Shown piece after piece: positions 42,301 through 54,057 of a stretch of 64,000 bases of DNA (position 1 is the first letter of the stretch; each line of letters starts with the position of its first letter). The position numbers were made by a program, and so were the translations under genes. This stretch comes from Fibrobacteria bacterium (GTDB taxonomy: Bacteria; Fibrobacterota; Fibrobacteria; UBA11236): NCBI GenBank assembly GCA_043732185.1, contig JAYTHY010000112.1:64001-128000 (forward strand). The letters are read 5' to 3'. Under the pieces are notes generated by a model. It searched no databases and was not told where the DNA came from. It saw only the letters and a program-made list of their open reading frames with translations.

Positions 42301-45300
42301 CCCGATTCTGATTCGCCTCACCTCCTCAAATTTTGATTTCAGCAAAACCACCGCTACAGGAACGGATATCCAGTTTGTCGACAAGGATGGAACCTTTCTC
42401 TATCATGAAGTGATAGATTGGGACAAAGCCAACAGTGTTGGGTCCGCTTGGGTCAAGGTGCCACAGGTGGATAAGAATTCCACATCCGACTATATCACCC
42501 TTTATTATGGTTGTTCCACCTGCACGGGCAGCGCCTATGCGATAAAGGATTCGGTATGGAGTGGTTACAAAAGTGTGTTCCACATGAATGCGCCAGAAAA
42601 GCAGGCAACGGATGCCACCATATTAGCAAATCACGGAACCTATACCACCACGGCCTCTGGTACCTATTCCACTAGCCAAGCGTCTATTCCCGGTATAACC
42701 TCACCCAATGCGGTCAATTTTGACGGCAGCGGAAATTACATCACTATTCCGAATGAAAGCAATTACGACATCACCACCAACTTGGCGGTTTCAGCCTGGA
42801 TCAAATGGTCGGCATGGAATATTCCCTATCAATCCATTGCCACCAAGGGAGATACTTCTTGGCGTCTAGCCAGAAATGCCAGCACCAACACACTCCAATT
42901 TGCGTGTTCGGGAACCACCACTTCTAATGTGGCTTCCGCCGCCTCCGTCAACGATGCAGCTTGGCATTTGGTTACAGGAACCTATGATGGGGCCAATATC
43001 AAAATTTATATCGATGGAGCGCAGTCTGGCACTGCCGCCTCTACAGGTTCGATTTCCAATACGAGTGATATTGCTATGATAGGGGAAAACTCCCAAGCGA
43101 CCGGTCGCTACTGGAACGGCGCTATCAGCGAAGTGCGCATCGGCAACACGGCCGGGGTGCTTTCGGCGGACTTTATCAAGTTGTCCTATGAAAACCAGAA
43201 AGCGTCTAGCACCCTTTTTTCCAATACTACCATAGCCACTTCGTCTTTCCAGCGATCCAAGATTTTCAAATTCAATACCACGGCCTCGGGTGCCAATATC
43301 ACTACCGACTTATACAACTACCCCATGCTCATTCGGCTAAATACATCGAATGGAGGCCTGGTGGATTCGGTGCGTAACGACTCAGCCGGCGATATTCGTT
43401 TCTTAGATGGCGACGGAGTTACTTGGCTGGATTATCAAGTAGAACGGTGGAGCCAAAGCGCGGACAGCGCCGAAATCTGGGTCAAGGTTCCTAAGGTGGA
43501 CGGTAACAGCTCCGGAGATTTCATCACCATGTATTACAAGGAAGTGACCGCCAATTCCATTCCTGTGGGCGAATGCGCCAGCTGCGTCTTTGATACCGCC
43601 AATGGTTTTACCGGAGTTTGGCATATGAAGGATGTGGCCAGCTTGACGGATGCGACAATACGCGGCAATACCCTTACCAACAACGGAACAGTTACGGGCT
43701 TGGGCGTGTCCAGTCAGGGCGCAAAATGGGACAACAATACCGATTACATGACCGTTCCAGTTGGAGCAGCAACGGGTACGACAAATGAGATCACCTATTC
43801 CGTTTGGACACTGGGTGATGCAACGCTTCCGGTCAATAACAGCTCAACAATAATTGGAACCGATGCATCCGGATATCGGGTTATAAACGTTCACCTTCCT
43901 TTAAATACTGGAACAGTATATTGGGATGCTGGAAATTCCGGATCGAATAGCTACGATCGTATTAGCAAAGCCGCGGATAGCACAGGCATGTACAAGACCA
44001 ATAGGAGCTACTGGACGTTTACGAAAAGTGCCATTACAGGCGATATGAAAATTTATTACAACGGAGCCGTTTGGCAGACGGGAACCGGGTATACCAGGAC
44101 ACTTAGTACTATCACCGCGCTCACTTTCGGGCAATCTTCCAGCAGTTATTTAGGCATCCTGGACGAAGTACGCCTTTCCAGAGTGTTGCGCTCAGCGGAT
44201 TGGAATAAGCTTGATTATATGACTCAGCGTCCGGACGCTTCCCCTTTCTGGAATCCAAGTCCGAGTGATTTCCAGAAATCACAACGCTTTACATTTAACA
44301 CCACTAAAACCGGTGCCAATGTTATGGATAGTGTGACGAACTATCCTCTACTGGTCCGCTTCACGGACGTGGATGGTGGCAAGCTCAGCCTAGTCCAATC
44401 GGGGGCGCCGGATATTCGCTTTCTGGATGGAGACGGCAAAACCTGGCTCAATTATCAAATTGAACGATGGAGTACGGCTACCACACCGGACTCGGCGGAA
44501 ATCTGGGTGTCTGTTCCCAAAGTGGACGGCAACAGCGACCACGATTACATCACCATGTACTATCAGCAAAAAGCCGCGGTTACAATTCCTGATAGGCAAT
44601 GCGGAAGTTGTGTGTTCAGCTCGACGTATGGTTCTGTCGGAACCTGGCATCTCGCAACAAATGTCACCGATGCCGGGGGAACCTACAACGGTACGGACAA
44701 TGCCTCAAGCGACCAAGCCGGCATCATTGGACGAGGCCGAAGCTTTAATGGCAGCTCCAGTTATATCACTTTTGGAACGGTGGCGGGATCGGCTTCTAAT
44801 CTTACTGCCTCTATGTGGGTGAAAGCAGGTGCTATTGGGGCCATGAGGGCTTTCAGTAAAATGCCTAACAATTCTTCTGGAATTGGATGGGGATTCTTAT
44901 TTCGGAATACTGGAGAGGATACAGCTGTCCATTTTCGCATTGGTGATGAGATTACTTATGGTGCATGGCCAGACGGGGTTATGAAGAACAAAATGTATCA
45001 TACTAATCAATGGGACTATATCGTGGGTAGTTTTGATTTGCTAACCAACACCGGAAAACTTTATAAGAATGGCGTTTTACAGGATTCGGACGTAGTTACG
45101 GGTGGACGAGTGGTCTCCGATGTAGGTCAATCACTTACTTTCGGTAGGGCGTCTTATGGTGCCGCTGAATTTTTTAACGGGGATGCAGACGAACTCCGCG
45201 TTGCCAATGTAGCCCGCTCTGCGGACTATATCAAACTTGATTACGAAACCCAGCGGTATACCGGTAATGTGTTCTGGAACTCCCGTACCAGTCCCAACAA

Positions 45301-48300
45301 TCTTGTCGCATTAACCGCTTCAGCCAGCTCCAGCTCCATCGCCCTATCCTGGAACACTCCTGTGTCGGACACTTCCTCCGCCGATTCCGTGGGCCTGTGG
45401 GTAGGCTACACCACCTATCCCGATTCTGTTCGTACTACAGCAGCTTCCACTTTCACCCGTGTGGTTACATTGCCCAAAACAGACTCAACCTATACGTATC
45501 CGGCCAGTTACCCAGGCACCTATTATTTTGCCCTGGCCGTCCGGAATTCTTCCGGCCTATGGAGCCCTTTCACCAAAGCTTCTTCGGACACGGCCACTAT
45601 CTATGGTGACGCAACAAAAACCGACACCGTTTATGTCGATTCCGCTCTCGGCAACGATGCCAATTCCTGCACCACGGCTCGCAGTCCCTTCACCCCTAAA
45701 CTTACCATCACCAGCGCCGTAGCCTGCGGCAGCACTGCTACCGATACCCTAGTCGTACGTGTGATGCCAGGCACGTATACCAACGACAACTCCTTTACCG
45801 TAAACGGAGCCAAACCCACGCAAATTGTCTCCTTTGATAACAATTCGCGCGCCGTTTTAAGCGGAACGGGATCCGTGGGGGAAAATTCTACTACCTACAA
45901 CTATACGTTAGCCGTGAACTCGACCATTACGCTGCGTAACCTCGATATCAAATCTGGTAACAATTCCAACCCAGGTATTTACATTCGCTACAACGCCACC
46001 AATGTGACCTTAGACGGCAACCGTATTTACAACGGAGCGACCAACTCCAACTCCTCCTGTATCCGAATGGTCTCTTCCAGCACCCAAAATATTTTAATCG
46101 CCAACAATCTCTGCTATCAACCCACCACCTCGGGCCTATTGATTTATAACGGAAGTCTGCAGAACATCGTAAACAACGTATTTGTTGGCAGCGGTGGCAG
46201 CAGTGAAGGCATCAGCTATAGCGGCAACACCGCCTTGACCACGTCCACGGTGGCCAATAACATCTTCTACAATTGGAGTTATGGCATCCGCAATACCTAC
46301 TCATCCGACTTCGGCCTTGTCTCCAACAACTTGTTTTACATGGTCACCACTGGCCAGGAAGTTTCCGGAGAAACCGACGCAGCCAAGATTCTCAAGGACC
46401 CACTTTTCTTCTCCACCAACCCATTAAATCCCAAAGGGTACACGTTATTGCCCGGTTCCCCAGGCATTGATGCCGGAACCGCCTCGTTGGTAGGCTCTGG
46501 CTATACGTTAACCACCGCCCGCGATATGTTAGGCACCGCGCGGCCGCAAGGCACGGCTCGCGACATCGGTTGGTATGAAGGCAACGGCTACAACCCAAAT
46601 TCAACCGGAGACTTTGACACCTTAATCACTTCCGTTTCCGGCGCTATCCTAACTGTTCAGAATTCTAAGTGGAAAATCAAGTTCGACGGGGCTGCTGGCG
46701 GCGGCATCAACTTCTTCTCGGATATGACAGTAGTGGCAGATACGGCATTAAATCTCTTGACTGCAAGCACCGTACTCTTTGATGCCAAGGTCGGATCCTT
46801 CACTGCTTCCTCCGTTACCAATGGATTCGCCCCAGCCTTTTATGAGAGAACCAAAACCCGTGCTATCGTGCGTCAACGTCTGGCCGTGAGCGCATCCTTA
46901 AATCTTAACATATACTATTCCGTCTATGCCTCTGGACATATTTACGTTGAAAGTGAAACCGAAAATATAGCCGCAGGTGCTACGGCATTGTCTACTATTG
47001 ACTACACCATGAAATTAGGTGTCTCCGGAACTGTACCATTAACCGGAAATTATGTCTCGGCTCGTTCCACCGAGTATGTTAAGAAAGGTTTCGGCTACTT
47101 AACCACCGGCAGTCGTGACGCCATGCTGGCGTTTATTGGCGACAGTTTGGATGCAGCGGGTTCTGGGGAAAACTGGAATTTGACCACCGCCGCCGGACCT
47201 CCCGGCACAGTTCTGTTCGCCACCGCCGGAGCTGCAAGCTCTGCCCGGTTCATGAAGCGACGGCATCACTTTTTATTGTACATCGGCGATCGAAGCCTCG
47301 ATTTCACCCGGGCCGCCACGGTCAATGCCGATGTGGTTACACCCAGCATCCTCACCACTTCCTCCGGATCGCTGCTACTGGAACGCACCTGGGGCGATGG
47401 ACTTAATGGCCATTGGAGCTTCGACGATGGAGGTGGAACGGTGGTGCGGGATAAGTCCGTATACATCCAGAACAATGCCACGCTTTCTGGAACGGGTCAA
47501 CAATGGGTATCCGGAAAAGTGGGCGGCGGCCTTTATATGACAACGAGCGGCATGGCGGTAGTGACCAGTAATGCCAATGCCCAGGCGTTTCTGGGTGGCA
47601 CATATATGTTCTGGATCAAGCCGGATTTTTCCGGGATGGGTGATGTGGGTTACATCATCAGCAAGGGACTGACGACGGGAAGCGGCTGGTATTTCCGGAA
47701 GGTTACGGGTGTGAATCAAATCACCTTCAACATGGGTGCTGCTTCGGCGACAACCCCAACCTTAGCCAATGGTGTGTGGACGCATATTGCAGCGGTGGTT
47801 AAGCCTCCGGGAACGAGTTCGACGCAAATTGAAATGTACGTGAACGGGGTGATGGTATCCGCTTCTAGCGGAGCGGCGGCGGCCACGGCTACGGACAATG
47901 CAACTGATTTACACTTTGGTGAAAGCTCTGCTACGGACAAGTTTCAGGGAACGCTCGATGATATTCGAATCTTCAAAGGCGAAATCCAGGCTTCGGAAAT
48001 CCGGGCTGTGTATGCGCAGGGTTTCTCCAGCAAGTTTGGACTTTATGTTTTAAGGGCTGACAACAACAACCGACTCGTCGCGCTTATAAACGGCAACTTG
48101 GCCCAAACCCGCGTACAACCTGCGTTTCAAATCTTGAACTGGTACGGGGTTAAAAATCCCAAGTACGTGTATTTGAATGGCACGCGCCTCAAGGCTAACA
48201 CAGATTTTGTGGCGGACTTTGCCTACGAGACAACCTTTGGAAATTACCTCGTCCTGCAACTCAACAAAACGTTGACGGCTGCGGATCAAACACTGTTCGT

Positions 48301-50422
48301 CGACGACGATGATTCAACCGGCTTCATGGGCGAAGCGGGGAAGATGAAACAACTGACCGTGTCCGTAACTACTGGTGATAAGATTGTCATCAAGAACTTT
48401 ACGGATACGGTTTTCGGGTCTCCAACGAGCGGCCAGTGGTATTCAGAACTGGATTTGAATGGCTGGAACACGTCCACGGCTTCGAGGGTTGTGGATAGCG
48501 GGTTTGGAGAGTTCAATGTCTGGAAGGCCGCGGCCATCAATCCCAATCAGGCGATTTCGATTTCCACCAATCAAGTAGGACAGGACGATGATCAGGGCCG
48601 AACCTTGGCGGGTTTAAGACTGGATGGATCCGGAAATTCCATGAATAGTAGTGGCTCCGGGTATCTCGGACCCACGCCTGCCATGACTTATACCATTATC
48701 GATTCTTCCGCAACCCGCATTTCCTTGTTGATGCAAACGGCATCCCTTTCTTCGTCCGATGGAACGGCCAGTTTGGCTAAGCGCTGGACCGTATATCCTA
48801 ATGGAAGGATATTCGGAAGCTTTCAGCTGTCGTCACCCAGTTTCAATATGGATGCGCCCGCACTGGACATAACGGGGCGGTATAACAGTGCCGTAGACAC
48901 GACCTGGACGGATACCTATGCAGCAGCGCAGGGTCGGCGAGGACTAAAAGGTGGCAACTTGGGTTTCCATTCCGTAGTGGGCGGTGTGTTGAGTGTCAAG
49001 AATGCTACTTCCACTTATAAAACTGCCGGTGCGACCATTTCAGGCTCTTCACCGTCCAGTGGCAATGCGTCAAACCAAGACTTCCACAAGATTCGCCTTT
49101 CGATGCTCACTTCGCTATTCACCTCCGCCAACGCGCCAATTACCACTAATTTTGCCGTGGACATTTCCAAAGATTTTACCGATTCAGCGACTGCCGATAG
49201 CTTAATGATTGACCTTCAAACTCCGGCAACGATTACGGGTACAGGTGCCAATCCGTCCGATGCCATGGACTTCGGTAGTTTAGCGCCACTTAGCACTCCG
49301 GACGGCTTTGCCGAAGGCGATGGAGCGTATGTCTATACGGCTGCATCCGGCCTAGCGAAATTCAAGTTTGTGAATACCGTAACCAGTTTCAGCCCCGCAT
49401 TCCGAATCAAGAGTTGGACTTACGGGACCTTACCGGAGTATGTGATTGTTGACGATCAGACCTTGACGCTCGGGTACCATTACAATGCCTATATCAATTC
49501 AGCGACCGATGAGCTCATCATGCAGTTCAACCGAAACTATGCACCCGGTACGCATACGTTCTACATCAGCCATAAATCCGGTTTGGCCGTGACTTTGCGC
49601 ACCTTTGAAGCCAAGAATGGCGAGGGCGTGGACACGCTGAAATGGTCTACGGAGAGCGAGTTCGAGAACTTAGGCTTCAGCGTGTACAGGCGTCTGGCGT
49701 CTGCAGAGGAGCAAATTGATACCAGTCTGGCCGGTGGAACCAAGGTGGCCGGAGCAGGCATCGCCAATGCACTCATGGATGCTGCCCGTTCGTTGGCCAC
49801 TGCCAAGACTGCGGCCCGTCTGGCTAAGGCAAAGGCTAAAGCCCAGGCTAAAGCCATGGCTAGTAACAGTGCAGATACGGTCGGTTTGAATGCCGCAGAA
49901 GACACGCTGCCTAGTTTGGATCTCTCGGCGGAAGAGTTGGCATTGCTTGGTTACGAAAAGCTCAATGCCAAACTCATACCCGGTGCTAAGGGGGGAACCT
50001 CCTCAACCACGCAGACCTATCAATTTGTAGACCGAGCTGCGGCCTTTGGCGTTGCGTATGAATATGTACTCGAGGCCGTGGACTTTAGCGGCACCCGGCA
50101 GCAATATGGACCTCGCATAGCTAGGCCGTTCAATATTTTGACTACCGAACTGTATGCGAACTATCCCAATCCGTTCAACCCGATTACCACTTTGCACTTC
50201 TCATTAAAGGACAAGGCTAAAATTAGCTTGGTTATTTTCGATGGCAAGGGTAGGGTAGTGCGCACGTTACTCCGTCCGGATAAAGCCATGTTGCCAGGTA
50301 AGTATCGGCTCATTTGGGATGCCAAAAACGAAGGTGGTATGGAAGTGCCGTCGGGGCAATATTTTTATCGCTTCCTGGCACCCAATTACACCAAAACCCG
50401 GAAAATGATCCTCGTCAAATAG
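33329..50422 (+). CDS. Giant 5,697-aa secreted adhesin-like protein: PATR/autotransporter-associated beta-strand repeats, 5x DUF2341-LamG, FN3-like, beta-helix, LamG, FlgD/T9SS-type CTD
   Basis: Uninterrupted 17-kb ORF; signal peptide then TWNGGGG..WS..ANW; many K-x-G-x-G-T-[WL]-T-L-S-G-x-N-T-Y repeats; C-terminal [21 protein letters not shown] and NYPNPFNP...FDGKGR...GQYFYRF...RKMILVK. Confidence 0.9.
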   Translation: MDSHCFRAHRSWSGGRASAWAWVGMCFLIGSAFGTTRTWNGGGGNDLWSTSANWGATGVPVAGDDLQFGGSTRLTPSNDIAAATSFNSITFNSGAGAFTLSNNSITLAGSITNSSSNTQTISFAIATTAVRTVDCASGNISLTGVISGTGGGIAKAGSNSLLLSGTNTFTGGVNLNAGRINGENTAAYGTGTVTCANGTSLGGTNGSDYTYANAFALTSGTVTFIAQFSGGIDMGVSGIISGSGAMQVTSDPSGRRFTLSGNNTFSGGVTLGSTNSSARLIVGHNNALGSGTLTVDQTGAGGLEVNGAYTIPNNIVVNSGKTLRLGQNDASAVTLSGIISSSGGVQKYNTGTWTLSGTNTYTGATTISQGTLQAGSTQAFGVNSAVTMANVASTVLNITGFSNSIGSLTGGGGTGGTVVLGAATLTIGGDGTSPSAYAGVISGTGALTKTGSGTITFSGANTYTGATTVSAGNLTITATSYGTVSYAISSGAVLEFNLSSNADYSATTFTGAGTLRKSGSSSIVWNAAAAIFGLSSGGLIDVVAGTFTGSASANETWGSNLSDLTVASGATFTGVEGNIIVDALSGAGTIKSGYPCCSYANFTFGADNGSGTFSGVIADDQTTANFVKTGTGTQTLSGANTYTGTTTIANGTLSVNTILSVSGGASALGAPTSAANGTIALGSTTTTGVLVYTGGTQSTDRVLNLAGTTGGGTVDQSGSGVLTFSSALTATGVGSKTLTLQGSTASGGVISAAIVNGSGTTAVTKAGTGTWTLSGANTFTGAFAFNAGTIIPHNNAAFGASNTVTCAAGGVTITGTDGGDYTYANAFVLNGTVTVTIPFTSGFDCGISGVVSGTGNFLVNSIGSSGGRRFHLHATNTFSGGITLGTGGSEYARLEVYLAASMGTGTLTINQNPGAFLKGLENKAALTATNNIVINSGMRFYVGNSPTGDMVLSGIISGAGNIEKVGANVVTLSGVNTYTGTTTVTAGKLAAGVATQAFGVNSAVTMANVATAILDITGFSNTIGSLTGGGGTGGTVTLGAASLTIGGDNTSPAAYAGVISGTGGVTKSGTGTLILSALNTYTGATAVQNGTLSINTILSVSGGASAVGAPTTAGNGTIALGSTSTTGILVYTGPVQSTDRVLNLSGTTGGGTVDQSGSGTLTFSSNLTATGVGAKTLTLQGSTGSGGVISGLIVDGSGTTGVTKAGTGTWTLSGANTYTLATAIQDGTLSINTLKSVSGGASAIGAPVTAGNGTIALGSTTTTGTLVYTGAVQSTDRVLNLAGTTGGGTVDQSGSGTLTFSSNLTATGAGAKTLTLQGSTGSGGVVSGLIVDGSGTTAVTKTGTGTWTLSGANTYTLATSIQNGTLSINTIKSVSGGASAVGAPVTAGNGTIALGSTTTTGTLVYTGAVQSTDRVLNLAGTTGGGTVDQSGSGTLTFSSNLTATGAGAKTLTLQGSTGSGGVISGLIVDGSGTTAVTKVGTGTWTLSGANTYTLATVIQDGTLSINTIKSVSGGASAVGAPVTAGNGTIALGSTTTTGTLVYTGAVQSTDRVLNLAGTTGGGTVDQSGSGSLTFSSNLTATGAGAKTLTLQGSTGSGGVLSGLIVDGSGTTAVTKVGTGTWTLSGANTYTLATTIQDGSLSINTIKSVSGGASALGAPVTAGNGTIALGSTSTTGTLVYTGAVQSTDRVLNLAGTTGGGTVDQSGSGTLTFSSNLTATGVGAKTLTLQGSTGSGGALSAAIVNGSGTTSVTKAGTGTWTLSGTNTYTGATTVNAGTLAAGSTQAFGVNSAVTMANVASTILNITGYANSIGSITGGGGTGGNVTLGAAILTIGGDNTTPAAYGGVISGTGGITKAGTGTCTLSGTNTYTGATTVNAGSLAAGSTQAFGVSSAVTMANVASAILNITGYSNSIGSLTGGGTTGGNVTLGAATLTIGGNNTSPAAYGGVISGASGSLVKAGSGTLTLLGYQNTFTGTVTVNAGTISTTAPNLGSSGALGSATSITINSGGTISADGDNSFVGDGTSGAKTITINTGGLLTSTSNYTNHLHALVLNGGTLSATTNNTTWGNWNFDYTVSTPGSSSTTSTISGGIGAFSQSGGTIFNIGAGDALNVSMVLSHTTSAPDNGLTKSGTGTMTLSGVNTYTSATTVSAGTLSITGSTASGTAVTVGTGATLMGTGTVSGTVTIQDGGTESPGVASASTLTTGTHVFANTSVLTYTLGTTSDKIVSAGNLFLDGTINVTAGAGFGTGTYPIMTYSGFLTDRTLDVGTMPTGYAGYISASGGTVNLNVTDFTGWTYLSRIQFNTTSTGGNVSGNVTNFPMLVRLDSNNFIFEQAQPDGRDIRFADPDGTALSYDIERWDATLKKAEIWVKVPQVDGNSDRDYINCYWGNSGAISQASSSSVFASGGGFAGVWHLNSAFTDASSNGNNGTNTSSTDSVGIIGRARSFLSGSSQYVEMPYAASLDLGTFSFSAWTKIASLGASRGIISSRFGSDNTFDAQWNTSTLHADIGNGTAWLSTTADYLASPTINTWYYVTYTVTTNTYSIYLNGTLVAGPTAFAGTPEFMKSGETLRIGQTSGTYFAGLIDEPRVENVVRNADWIKLSYETQRSNSTTVIFPNTALSTWSYSNKLYVNTTSSGANTTADVTNYPLLVRLNGGNFNFAQAKTDGSDLRFVDSTGALLSYELERYDATNKVADIWVLIPTVKANDNSQWFKMYWGKSSASSLSSAASVFQSSNGFAAVWHLNEDGSTTSGGYKDATSNANNGTGIALTNSSDVAAVIGTGSNFTGASNQGVTFNTATNLHSNTNLTLEGWVNTTSQATYTRLVNKPFTSAVSPYNEWGIESSGAGNTWNMTATIGGTVRQVTSTTVTANGTWYYVTGTYDGTTLKVYTNGNLEASGTYAGTINDYASNGYLGRWINTAQNLDGKLDEVRVSTATRSADFIKLNYETQKMGSAVVRVGSRPSDYTNSVRFNFNSTSTGANITGTDVTNIPILIRLTSSNFDFSKTTATGTDIQFVDKDGTFLYHEVIDWDKANSVGSAWVKVPQVDKNSTSDYITLYYGCSTCTGSAYAIKDSVWSGYKSVFHMNAPEKQATDATILANHGTYTTTASGTYSTSQASIPGITSPNAVNFDGSGNYITIPNESNYDITTNLAVSAWIKWSAWNIPYQSIATKGDTSWRLARNASTNTLQFACSGTTTSNVASAASVNDAAWHLVTGTYDGANIKIYIDGAQSGTAASTGSISNTSDIAMIGENSQATGRYWNGAISEVRIGNTAGVLSADFIKLSYENQKASSTLFSNTTIATSSFQRSKIFKFNTTASGANITTDLYNYPMLIRLNTSNGGLVDSVRNDSAGDIRFLDGDGVTWLDYQVERWSQSADSAEIWVKVPKVDGNSSGDFITMYYKEVTANSIPVGECASCVFDTANGFTGVWHMKDVASLTDATIRGNTLTNNGTVTGLGVSSQGAKWDNNTDYMTVPVGAATGTTNEITYSVWTLGDATLPVNNSSTIIGTDASGYRVINVHLPLNTGTVYWDAGNSGSNSYDRISKAADSTGMYKTNRSYWTFTKSAITGDMKIYYNGAVWQTGTGYTRTLSTITALTFGQSSSSYLGILDEVRLSRVLRSADWNKLDYMTQRPDASPFWNPSPSDFQKSQRFTFNTTKTGANVMDSVTNYPLLVRFTDVDGGKLSLVQSGAPDIRFLDGDGKTWLNYQIERWSTATTPDSAEIWVSVPKVDGNSDHDYITMYYQQKAAVTIPDRQCGSCVFSSTYGSVGTWHLATNVTDAGGTYNGTDNASSDQAGIIGRGRSFNGSSSYITFGTVAGSASNLTASMWVKAGAIGAMRAFSKMPNNSSGIGWGFLFRNTGEDTAVHFRIGDEITYGAWPDGVMKNKMYHTNQWDYIVGSFDLLTNTGKLYKNGVLQDSDVVTGGRVVSDVGQSLTFGRASYGAAEFFNGDADELRVANVARSADYIKLDYETQRYTGNVFWNSRTSPNNLVALTASASSSSIALSWNTPVSDTSSADSVGLWVGYTTYPDSVRTTAASTFTRVVTLPKTDSTYTYPASYPGTYYFALAVRNSSGLWSPFTKASSDTATIYGDATKTDTVYVDSALGNDANSCTTARSPFTPKLTITSAVACGSTATDTLVVRVMPGTYTNDNSFTVNGAKPTQIVSFDNNSRAVLSGTGSVGENSTTYNYTLAVNSTITLRNLDIKSGNNSNPGIYIRYNATNVTLDGNRIYNGATNSNSSCIRMVSSSTQNILIANNLCYQPTTSGLLIYNGSLQNIVNNVFVGSGGSSEGISYSGNTALTTSTVANNIFYNWSYGIRNTYSSDFGLVSNNLFYMVTTGQEVSGETDAAKILKDPLFFSTNPLNPKGYTLLPGSPGIDAGTASLVGSGYTLTTARDMLGTARPQGTARDIGWYEGNGYNPNSTGDFDTLITSVSGAILTVQNSKWKIKFDGAAGGGINFFSDMTVVADTALNLLTASTVLFDAKVGSFTASSVTNGFAPAFYERTKTRAIVRQRLAVSASLNLNIYYSVYASGHIYVESETENIAAGATALSTIDYTMKLGVSGTVPLTGNYVSARSTEYVKKGFGYLTTGSRDAMLAFIGDSLDAAGSGENWNLTTAAGPPGTVLFATAGAASSARFMKRRHHFLLYIGDRSLDFTRAATVNADVVTPSILTTSSGSLLLERTWGDGLNGHWSFDDGGGTVVRDKSVYIQNNATLSGTGQQWVSGKVGGGLYMTTSGMAVVTSNANAQAFLGGTYMFWIKPDFSGMGDVGYIISKGLTTGSGWYFRKVTGVNQITFNMGAASATTPTLANGVWTHIAAVVKPPGTSSTQIEMYVNGVMVSASSGAAAATATDNATDLHFGESSATDKFQGTLDDIRIFKGEIQASEIRAVYAQGFSSKFGLYVLRADNNNRLVALINGNLAQTRVQPAFQILNWYGVKNPKYVYLNGTRLKANTDFVADFAYETTFGNYLVLQLNKTLTAADQTLFVDDDDSTGFMGEAGKMKQLTVSVTTGDKIVIKNFTDTVFGSPTSGQWYSELDLNGWNTSTASRVVDSGFGEFNVWKAAAINPNQAISISTNQVGQDDDQGRTLAGLRLDGSGNSMNSSGSGYLGPTPAMTYTIIDSSATRISLLMQTASLSSSDGTASLAKRWTVYPNGRIFGSFQLSSPSFNMDAPALDITGRYNSAVDTTWTDTYAAAQGRRGLKGGNLGFHSVVGGVLSVKNATSTYKTAGATISGSSPSSGNASNQDFHKIRLSMLTSLFTSANAPITTNFAVDISKDFTDSATADSLMIDLQTPATITGTGANPSDAMDFGSLAPLSTPDGFAEGDGAYVYTAASGLAKFKFVNTVTSFSPAFRIKSWTYGTLPEYVIVDDQTLTLGYHYNAYINSATDELIMQFNRNYAPGTHTFYISHKSGLAVTLRTFEAKNGEGVDTLKWSTESEFENLGFSVYRRLASAEEQIDTSLAGGTKVAGAGIANALMDAARSLATAKTAARLAKAKAKAQAKAMASNSADTVGLNAAEDTLPSLDLSAEELALLGYEKLNAKLIPGAKGGTSSTTQTYQFVDRAAAFGVAYEYVLEAVDFSGTRQQYGPRIARPFNILTTELYANYPNPFNPITTLHFSLKDKAKISLVIFDGKGRVVRTLLRPDKAMLPGKYRLIWDAKNEGGMEVPSGQYFYRFLAPNYTKTRKMILVK
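35243..35653 (+). repeat. Isolated copy of the 411-bp (137-aa) repeat unit B
   Basis: [33 protein letters not shown]...[23 protein letters not shown]...; the next AN codons lie exactly 411 nt later. Confidence 0.85.
36560..38614 (+). repeat. Five tandem 411-bp (137-aa) intragenic repeats (unit B)
   Basis: Unit starts at 36560, 36971, 37382, 37793 and 38204, exact 411-nt spacing; near-identical peptide. Confidence 0.92.
38609..39223 (+). repeat. Two tandem ~306-bp (102-aa) repeats (unit A); further copies at ~34394-34699 and ~36245-36553
   Basis: [61 protein letters not shown] in four places. Confidence 0.85.
40199..45290 (+). repeat. Five diverged tandem DUF2341-LamG modules (~1 kb each)
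   Basis: Each begins N[TS]TxxGxN...N[FYI]PxL[VI]R and has D[IL]xF.D, WV.[VI]P, [DS]ExR and (R)xAD[WFY]xKLxYxxQ motifs; starts ~40199, 41189, 42218, 43241, 44261. Confidence 0.85.
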
Positions 50423-50606
50423 GCTGAATTTCACCAATCAGTGGGCACCGAATATTTTAAGGTGCAATTACCGACCACCAAAATCCTCTATTGACTCTAT
50501 ATTTCCCAAAGTCAGGATGCCAGTTGGACCCAGCTTTCGGTGTTCAAAATGGAATAGAGACGTTGTGAAACAGACGTCCATACAAATCCAAAGGGGAAGG
50601 ATTCAA

Positions 50607-52391
50607 ATGCACAAGCAAAAAGCCATTGTCCACGCGCCTGTGTTGGCGGTTATTTTGGCGGTTGGTTTTATCGGTTCCAGTTTGGCAGGAATCATTGATG
50701 CTCCACATCCCGATTTCACACAACGGGTAGTTCCCTTCGCAACCAAATACAAGACGATGGGATTGAACTTTCTCAAAGATGGCCGAATGGTGCTGGCGGT
50801 TACGGATTACATTGGGGGTGGAGAAGTGCCCACTACCGCTACTTCCAATACCAAGGTGCTACTAGTTACCGGCTATGGCGGTACAGATTCAGCAGGCATT
50901 AAAATCGAGGAAATTGCAAACAAATGGTTTCAATTGATCGGCGCTACCGTGGCCAATGATAAGCTGTATGTGTCCGATCGAGATGGCTTTTATGAAATAC
51001 CACAGTTGAGTGCTCCAGCGGATTTGACACAGAATCGTAGACTGATTGTTAAGTGGCCCATACCGGGTGCGAGTTTCGCGTGGAACAACGGTTTTGAATG
51101 GCATCAATTCGGCTTTACACCCATCTACTCTAAAGGTTTTTTTTATGCACCCTATTCCGGTAGCATCCGGCCTGGTGGTATGTCTGACGTGGATGCAACC
51201 TCCGCTATGTCAGGTGCTTTTCTCAAGTGGGATTTGACAGGAAAGCTGGAAACCTTTGCCGGGGGGCTGCGTTCTCCTAATGGTGCCAACGTGGATGAAG
51301 CTACCGGAGATATGTTTGTGTGCGATAACCAGGGAAGTTGGTTTCCTTCCTCCACTTTTCAATTGATGAAGCCAGGTAAATTCTACGGCCATCGCCAGAG
51401 CCCACCGCACCCGGCCAATTGGGCCGAGTCTTTGCCAGTTGAATTGCCCACTGCCTGGCTGCCCCACCTGGATGTACGCGCGTCTCCATCTCAGCCTGTC
51501 GTGATTCCCAAGGGTAAATACGCGGGAGACTGGCTGTTGGGGGATGTCAACAGCCCAGGTTTAATTCGTGTCTCGCTAGACAAAGTGGGCGATGTGTATA
51601 ACGGATCCGTGTTCTTTTTTTCCAAGGGAACAGGCCTGGCCGCCATCAACCGACTTGCGTTCGGTCCCGATGGTGCCCTTTATATCGGCACCCTCTCTAC
51701 TATCGCTGGCAACTGGCCTGGTGGATCGAATACCGCCATGTATCGCCTAGAGCCAAAGCCGGTTGCGACAACCTTTGAAATGAAAACGGTGCGCTCGTTG
51801 GCCGATGGTCTCGAAATAGAATTTACCCAGCCTTTCGATAAAGCCACCATACTTGCCAGCGCCTTTGCCACTAAACAATGGCAGTATATCCGACAGGCAG
51901 CTTACGGGTCTGGCAGGCAACCGGATCAAGCGTTGACGGTAACCGGGGTAGAAACCTCGAACGACAATCTTCGCGTTCACCTTAAAATTGGAGGATTGGT
52001 ACCGGATCGAGTTATTTACATAAAGCATACCGGCATCAAATCAGCGCAATCCCAGAGTCCATGGAATGATGAATCCTATTTCACGCTGAACTCCATATCC
52101 AGCCGAGCCTGGAATTCCACGGTCGCCACTCGCGATATTGTTTCCAAGGTAAGCCGACCTGCAGGCAGTGTCTCTTGTAACATGGATGTACGCGGCTCCC
52201 TCTCGATTACAGTAGCCGCCCCCGGGGAATGGAATGCCGTTTTAGTTACGGCACAAGGTCAAATCCTGGCCACTCAAAACGGAAATGGGTATTCGAAATT
52301 TCAACTGACTACCGGAAACCGTGTGGGTTTACACCTCCTTAGAGTGCAATTAAAGGAAGGTGCAGTTATCCGCCGCGTGATGTTATTTTGA
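50607..52391 (+). CDS. Secreted GSDH/sorbosone-dehydrogenase-like beta-propeller + Ig-like + CTD-like tail
   Basis: ATG 50607 after AAGGGGAAGG; AGGLRSPNG, DNQGSWFP, SPSQP, GKYAGDWLLGD, INRLAFGPDGALYIG; paralog of 11045..12799. Confidence 0.75.
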   Translation: MHKQKAIVHAPVLAVILAVGFIGSSLAGIIDAPHPDFTQRVVPFATKYKTMGLNFLKDGRMVLAVTDYIGGGEVPTTATSNTKVLLVTGYGGTDSAGIKIEEIANKWFQLIGATVANDKLYVSDRDGFYEIPQLSAPADLTQNRRLIVKWPIPGASFAWNNGFEWHQFGFTPIYSKGFFYAPYSGSIRPGGMSDVDATSAMSGAFLKWDLTGKLETFAGGLRSPNGANVDEATGDMFVCDNQGSWFPSSTFQLMKPGKFYGHRQSPPHPANWAESLPVELPTAWLPHLDVRASPSQPVVIPKGKYAGDWLLGDVNSPGLIRVSLDKVGDVYNGSVFFFSKGTGLAAINRLAFGPDGALYIGTLSTIAGNWPGGSNTAMYRLEPKPVATTFEMKTVRSLADGLEIEFTQPFDKATILASAFATKQWQYIRQAAYGSGRQPDQALTVTGVETSNDNLRVHLKIGGLVPDRVIYIKHTGIKSAQSQSPWNDESYFTLNSISSRAWNSTVATRDIVSKVSRPAGSVSCNMDVRGSLSITVAAPGEWNAVLVTAQGQILATQNGNGYSKFQLTTGNRVGLHLLRVQLKEGAVIRRVMLF

Positions 52392-52401
52392 AGAGTAGTA
52401 G

Positions 52402-53667
52402 TTAGGGTTTAGCCTCAGCTGGGATTGGGCCAAAGGAATTGCCTTTGGCATCATATACATTCCCTGCCATTGGAAATAGAAAAACCGAACCCATCGATTT
52501 TCTAAGTGGCCAAGAGCTTGCAGGAGGATTCGTCATCCATCTTGGGCGGCCGCCAAATATGGCTGAATTGGATCCAAAACTTACCATAGTCTCTCCTACC
52601 TTTTGATTCTCGTAATTGGCCTTGATCCAATCGGCACTGCGGCTGACATTGGAAAGCCTCACTTCGTCCAGTGAGCCACTGTAATAACGCGATATGGCAT
52701 TGCCAATGAATTCCGCGCCGATGCGCCAGGCTGCGGGTGAGTTTTGGGCACTATTCGTATCCGGACCTGTCGTGGCCACCTTCACGCCATTGCGATACAA
52801 GTCCCAGTTCAATCCAGTCCAAGTGCCGGTTAATTGAATCCAGACCAGGCTGTCGCTTACCGGAATCACCATTTTAGCATGATGCTCGGTCCCGTTCCAA
52901 ATACCCGTTCGATAGTCTCGCGTTTCACCAATCCTGAGTACGGTTTCCGAAGGATAACCCACGCTACCGCCATGACAGAGGATGATGCGATGGTTGTCAC
53001 GCCGATTCCAACGCACCCAGGCTTCAAAAGTGATCTTGCCCGTGAATTTGAGATTGGCTTTAGCGCCGAGGTAGATGTAGCTTCCGGTTGTAGCATAGGA
53101 TTCCGGATTATTGAAAAGCCTGGCTTGACCAATGCGTCCATCGGGAACCAAAACAGTGCCGGAATCTATTCCGTGATTGAGATTCGCTGTTGCATCCAAA
53201 ACGGTTGCGCCGAGATGCCAAACGCCTTTAAAACCATCGGTAATTCTAAAAACGGCAGTACCATCTGAGCTGTCCGGAGCATTGGATTTACCCCAATACA
53301 TGCGGATATTCTGTGCGGCCATTTTCCCATACAGTGTGTCCACTCTCACCCATACCGTGGCTTTTTGACCCACGGCATCCCAGTCATCCACTTGATAGGG
53401 GAGATGGGTACCATCCTCTTTGGCGAAGCGTAAATCTGCACCCATCGCCGCCGCGCCCAAAAAGACATCCGCCTGTGCGGAGGTGAGGGAGACCAGGACT
53501 GGGAAGCCTATTTGATCCGTTGTGATGTTGGCGCCGGATGACGAAGTGTTTAGCGTGATGGCGCGGCTAAAAGTCCACTGCGAATAATTCTCCTGGGCAA
53601 TAACAGTACAGGCAGGAAGCAGGGCCAACGATAAGGCGGTCAGCACATGTTCAATGCGAAGGTTCAT
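52402..53667 (-). CDS. Secreted single DUF2341-LamG protein with short tail
   Basis: ATG 53667 overlaps the upstream TGA; GFPVLVSL, GADLRF, VWVRVD, LDEVRLSNVSRSADWIKANYENQ; tail VYDAKGN. Confidence 0.82.
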   Translation of the reverse strand: MNLRIEHVLTALSLALLPACTVIAQENYSQWTFSRAITLNTSSSGANITTDQIGFPVLVSLTSAQADVFLGAAAMGADLRFAKEDGTHLPYQVDDWDAVGQKATVWVRVDTLYGKMAAQNIRMYWGKSNAPDSSDGTAVFRITDGFKGVWHLGATVLDATANLNHGIDSGTVLVPDGRIGQARLFNNPESYATTGSYIYLGAKANLKFTGKITFEAWVRWNRRDNHRIILCHGGSVGYPSETVLRIGETRDYRTGIWNGTEHHAKMVIPVSDSLVWIQLTGTWTGLNWDLYRNGVKVATTGPDTNSAQNSPAAWRIGAEFIGNAISRYYSGSLDEVRLSNVSRSADWIKANYENQKVGETMVSFGSNSAIFGGRPRWMTNPPASSWPLRKSMGSVFLFPMAGNVYDAKGNSFGPIPAEAKP

Positions 53668-54016
53668 AGACACGTCACTAATTGGGTAAGATTGCCGTAA
53701 AGGGTTTTAACCTGAAGGCCATAAACACCTTTTTCAAAATGCAGTGGATTGCTGAGGCTTGCTAGTCGGTAGTTCATACTCCCTATTCCTTTTCTATAAA
53801 TGCAAAGTTGACCGGCCATATCGTACAGATTCAATTTGTGGCGACCCGGCTCCTGAATTGAACGTGTTTTTTCATTCCAAGCGGCAAAGAACGTGTTATC
53901 CACTCTTTGGGTTTTGGCAAACGTAACATTAACCGAGTCTAATGTGGAAAAATATTCCGGGTTGCTTTGAAATCTCATCTGAAACCCACTCCCTGTTGGT
54001 ATAAACGCCGTATCAT
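53664..54016 (-). pseudogene. Internally deleted remnant of a paralog of the adjacent GSDH-like gene (short internal piece fused to CTD)
   Basis: FQMRFQSNPEYFSTLDSVNVTFAKTQRVDNTFFAAW matches FQMGFTSGMQYFSTLDTVNVSVLKTERVDQTLFSAW of 54058..55797 and runs directly into a homologous CTD; 5' boundary approximate. Confidence 0.7.
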
Positions 54017-54057
54017 CTTGATGAATAACCGTTTCCTTTCGGTAAACAGTTCGGCGC

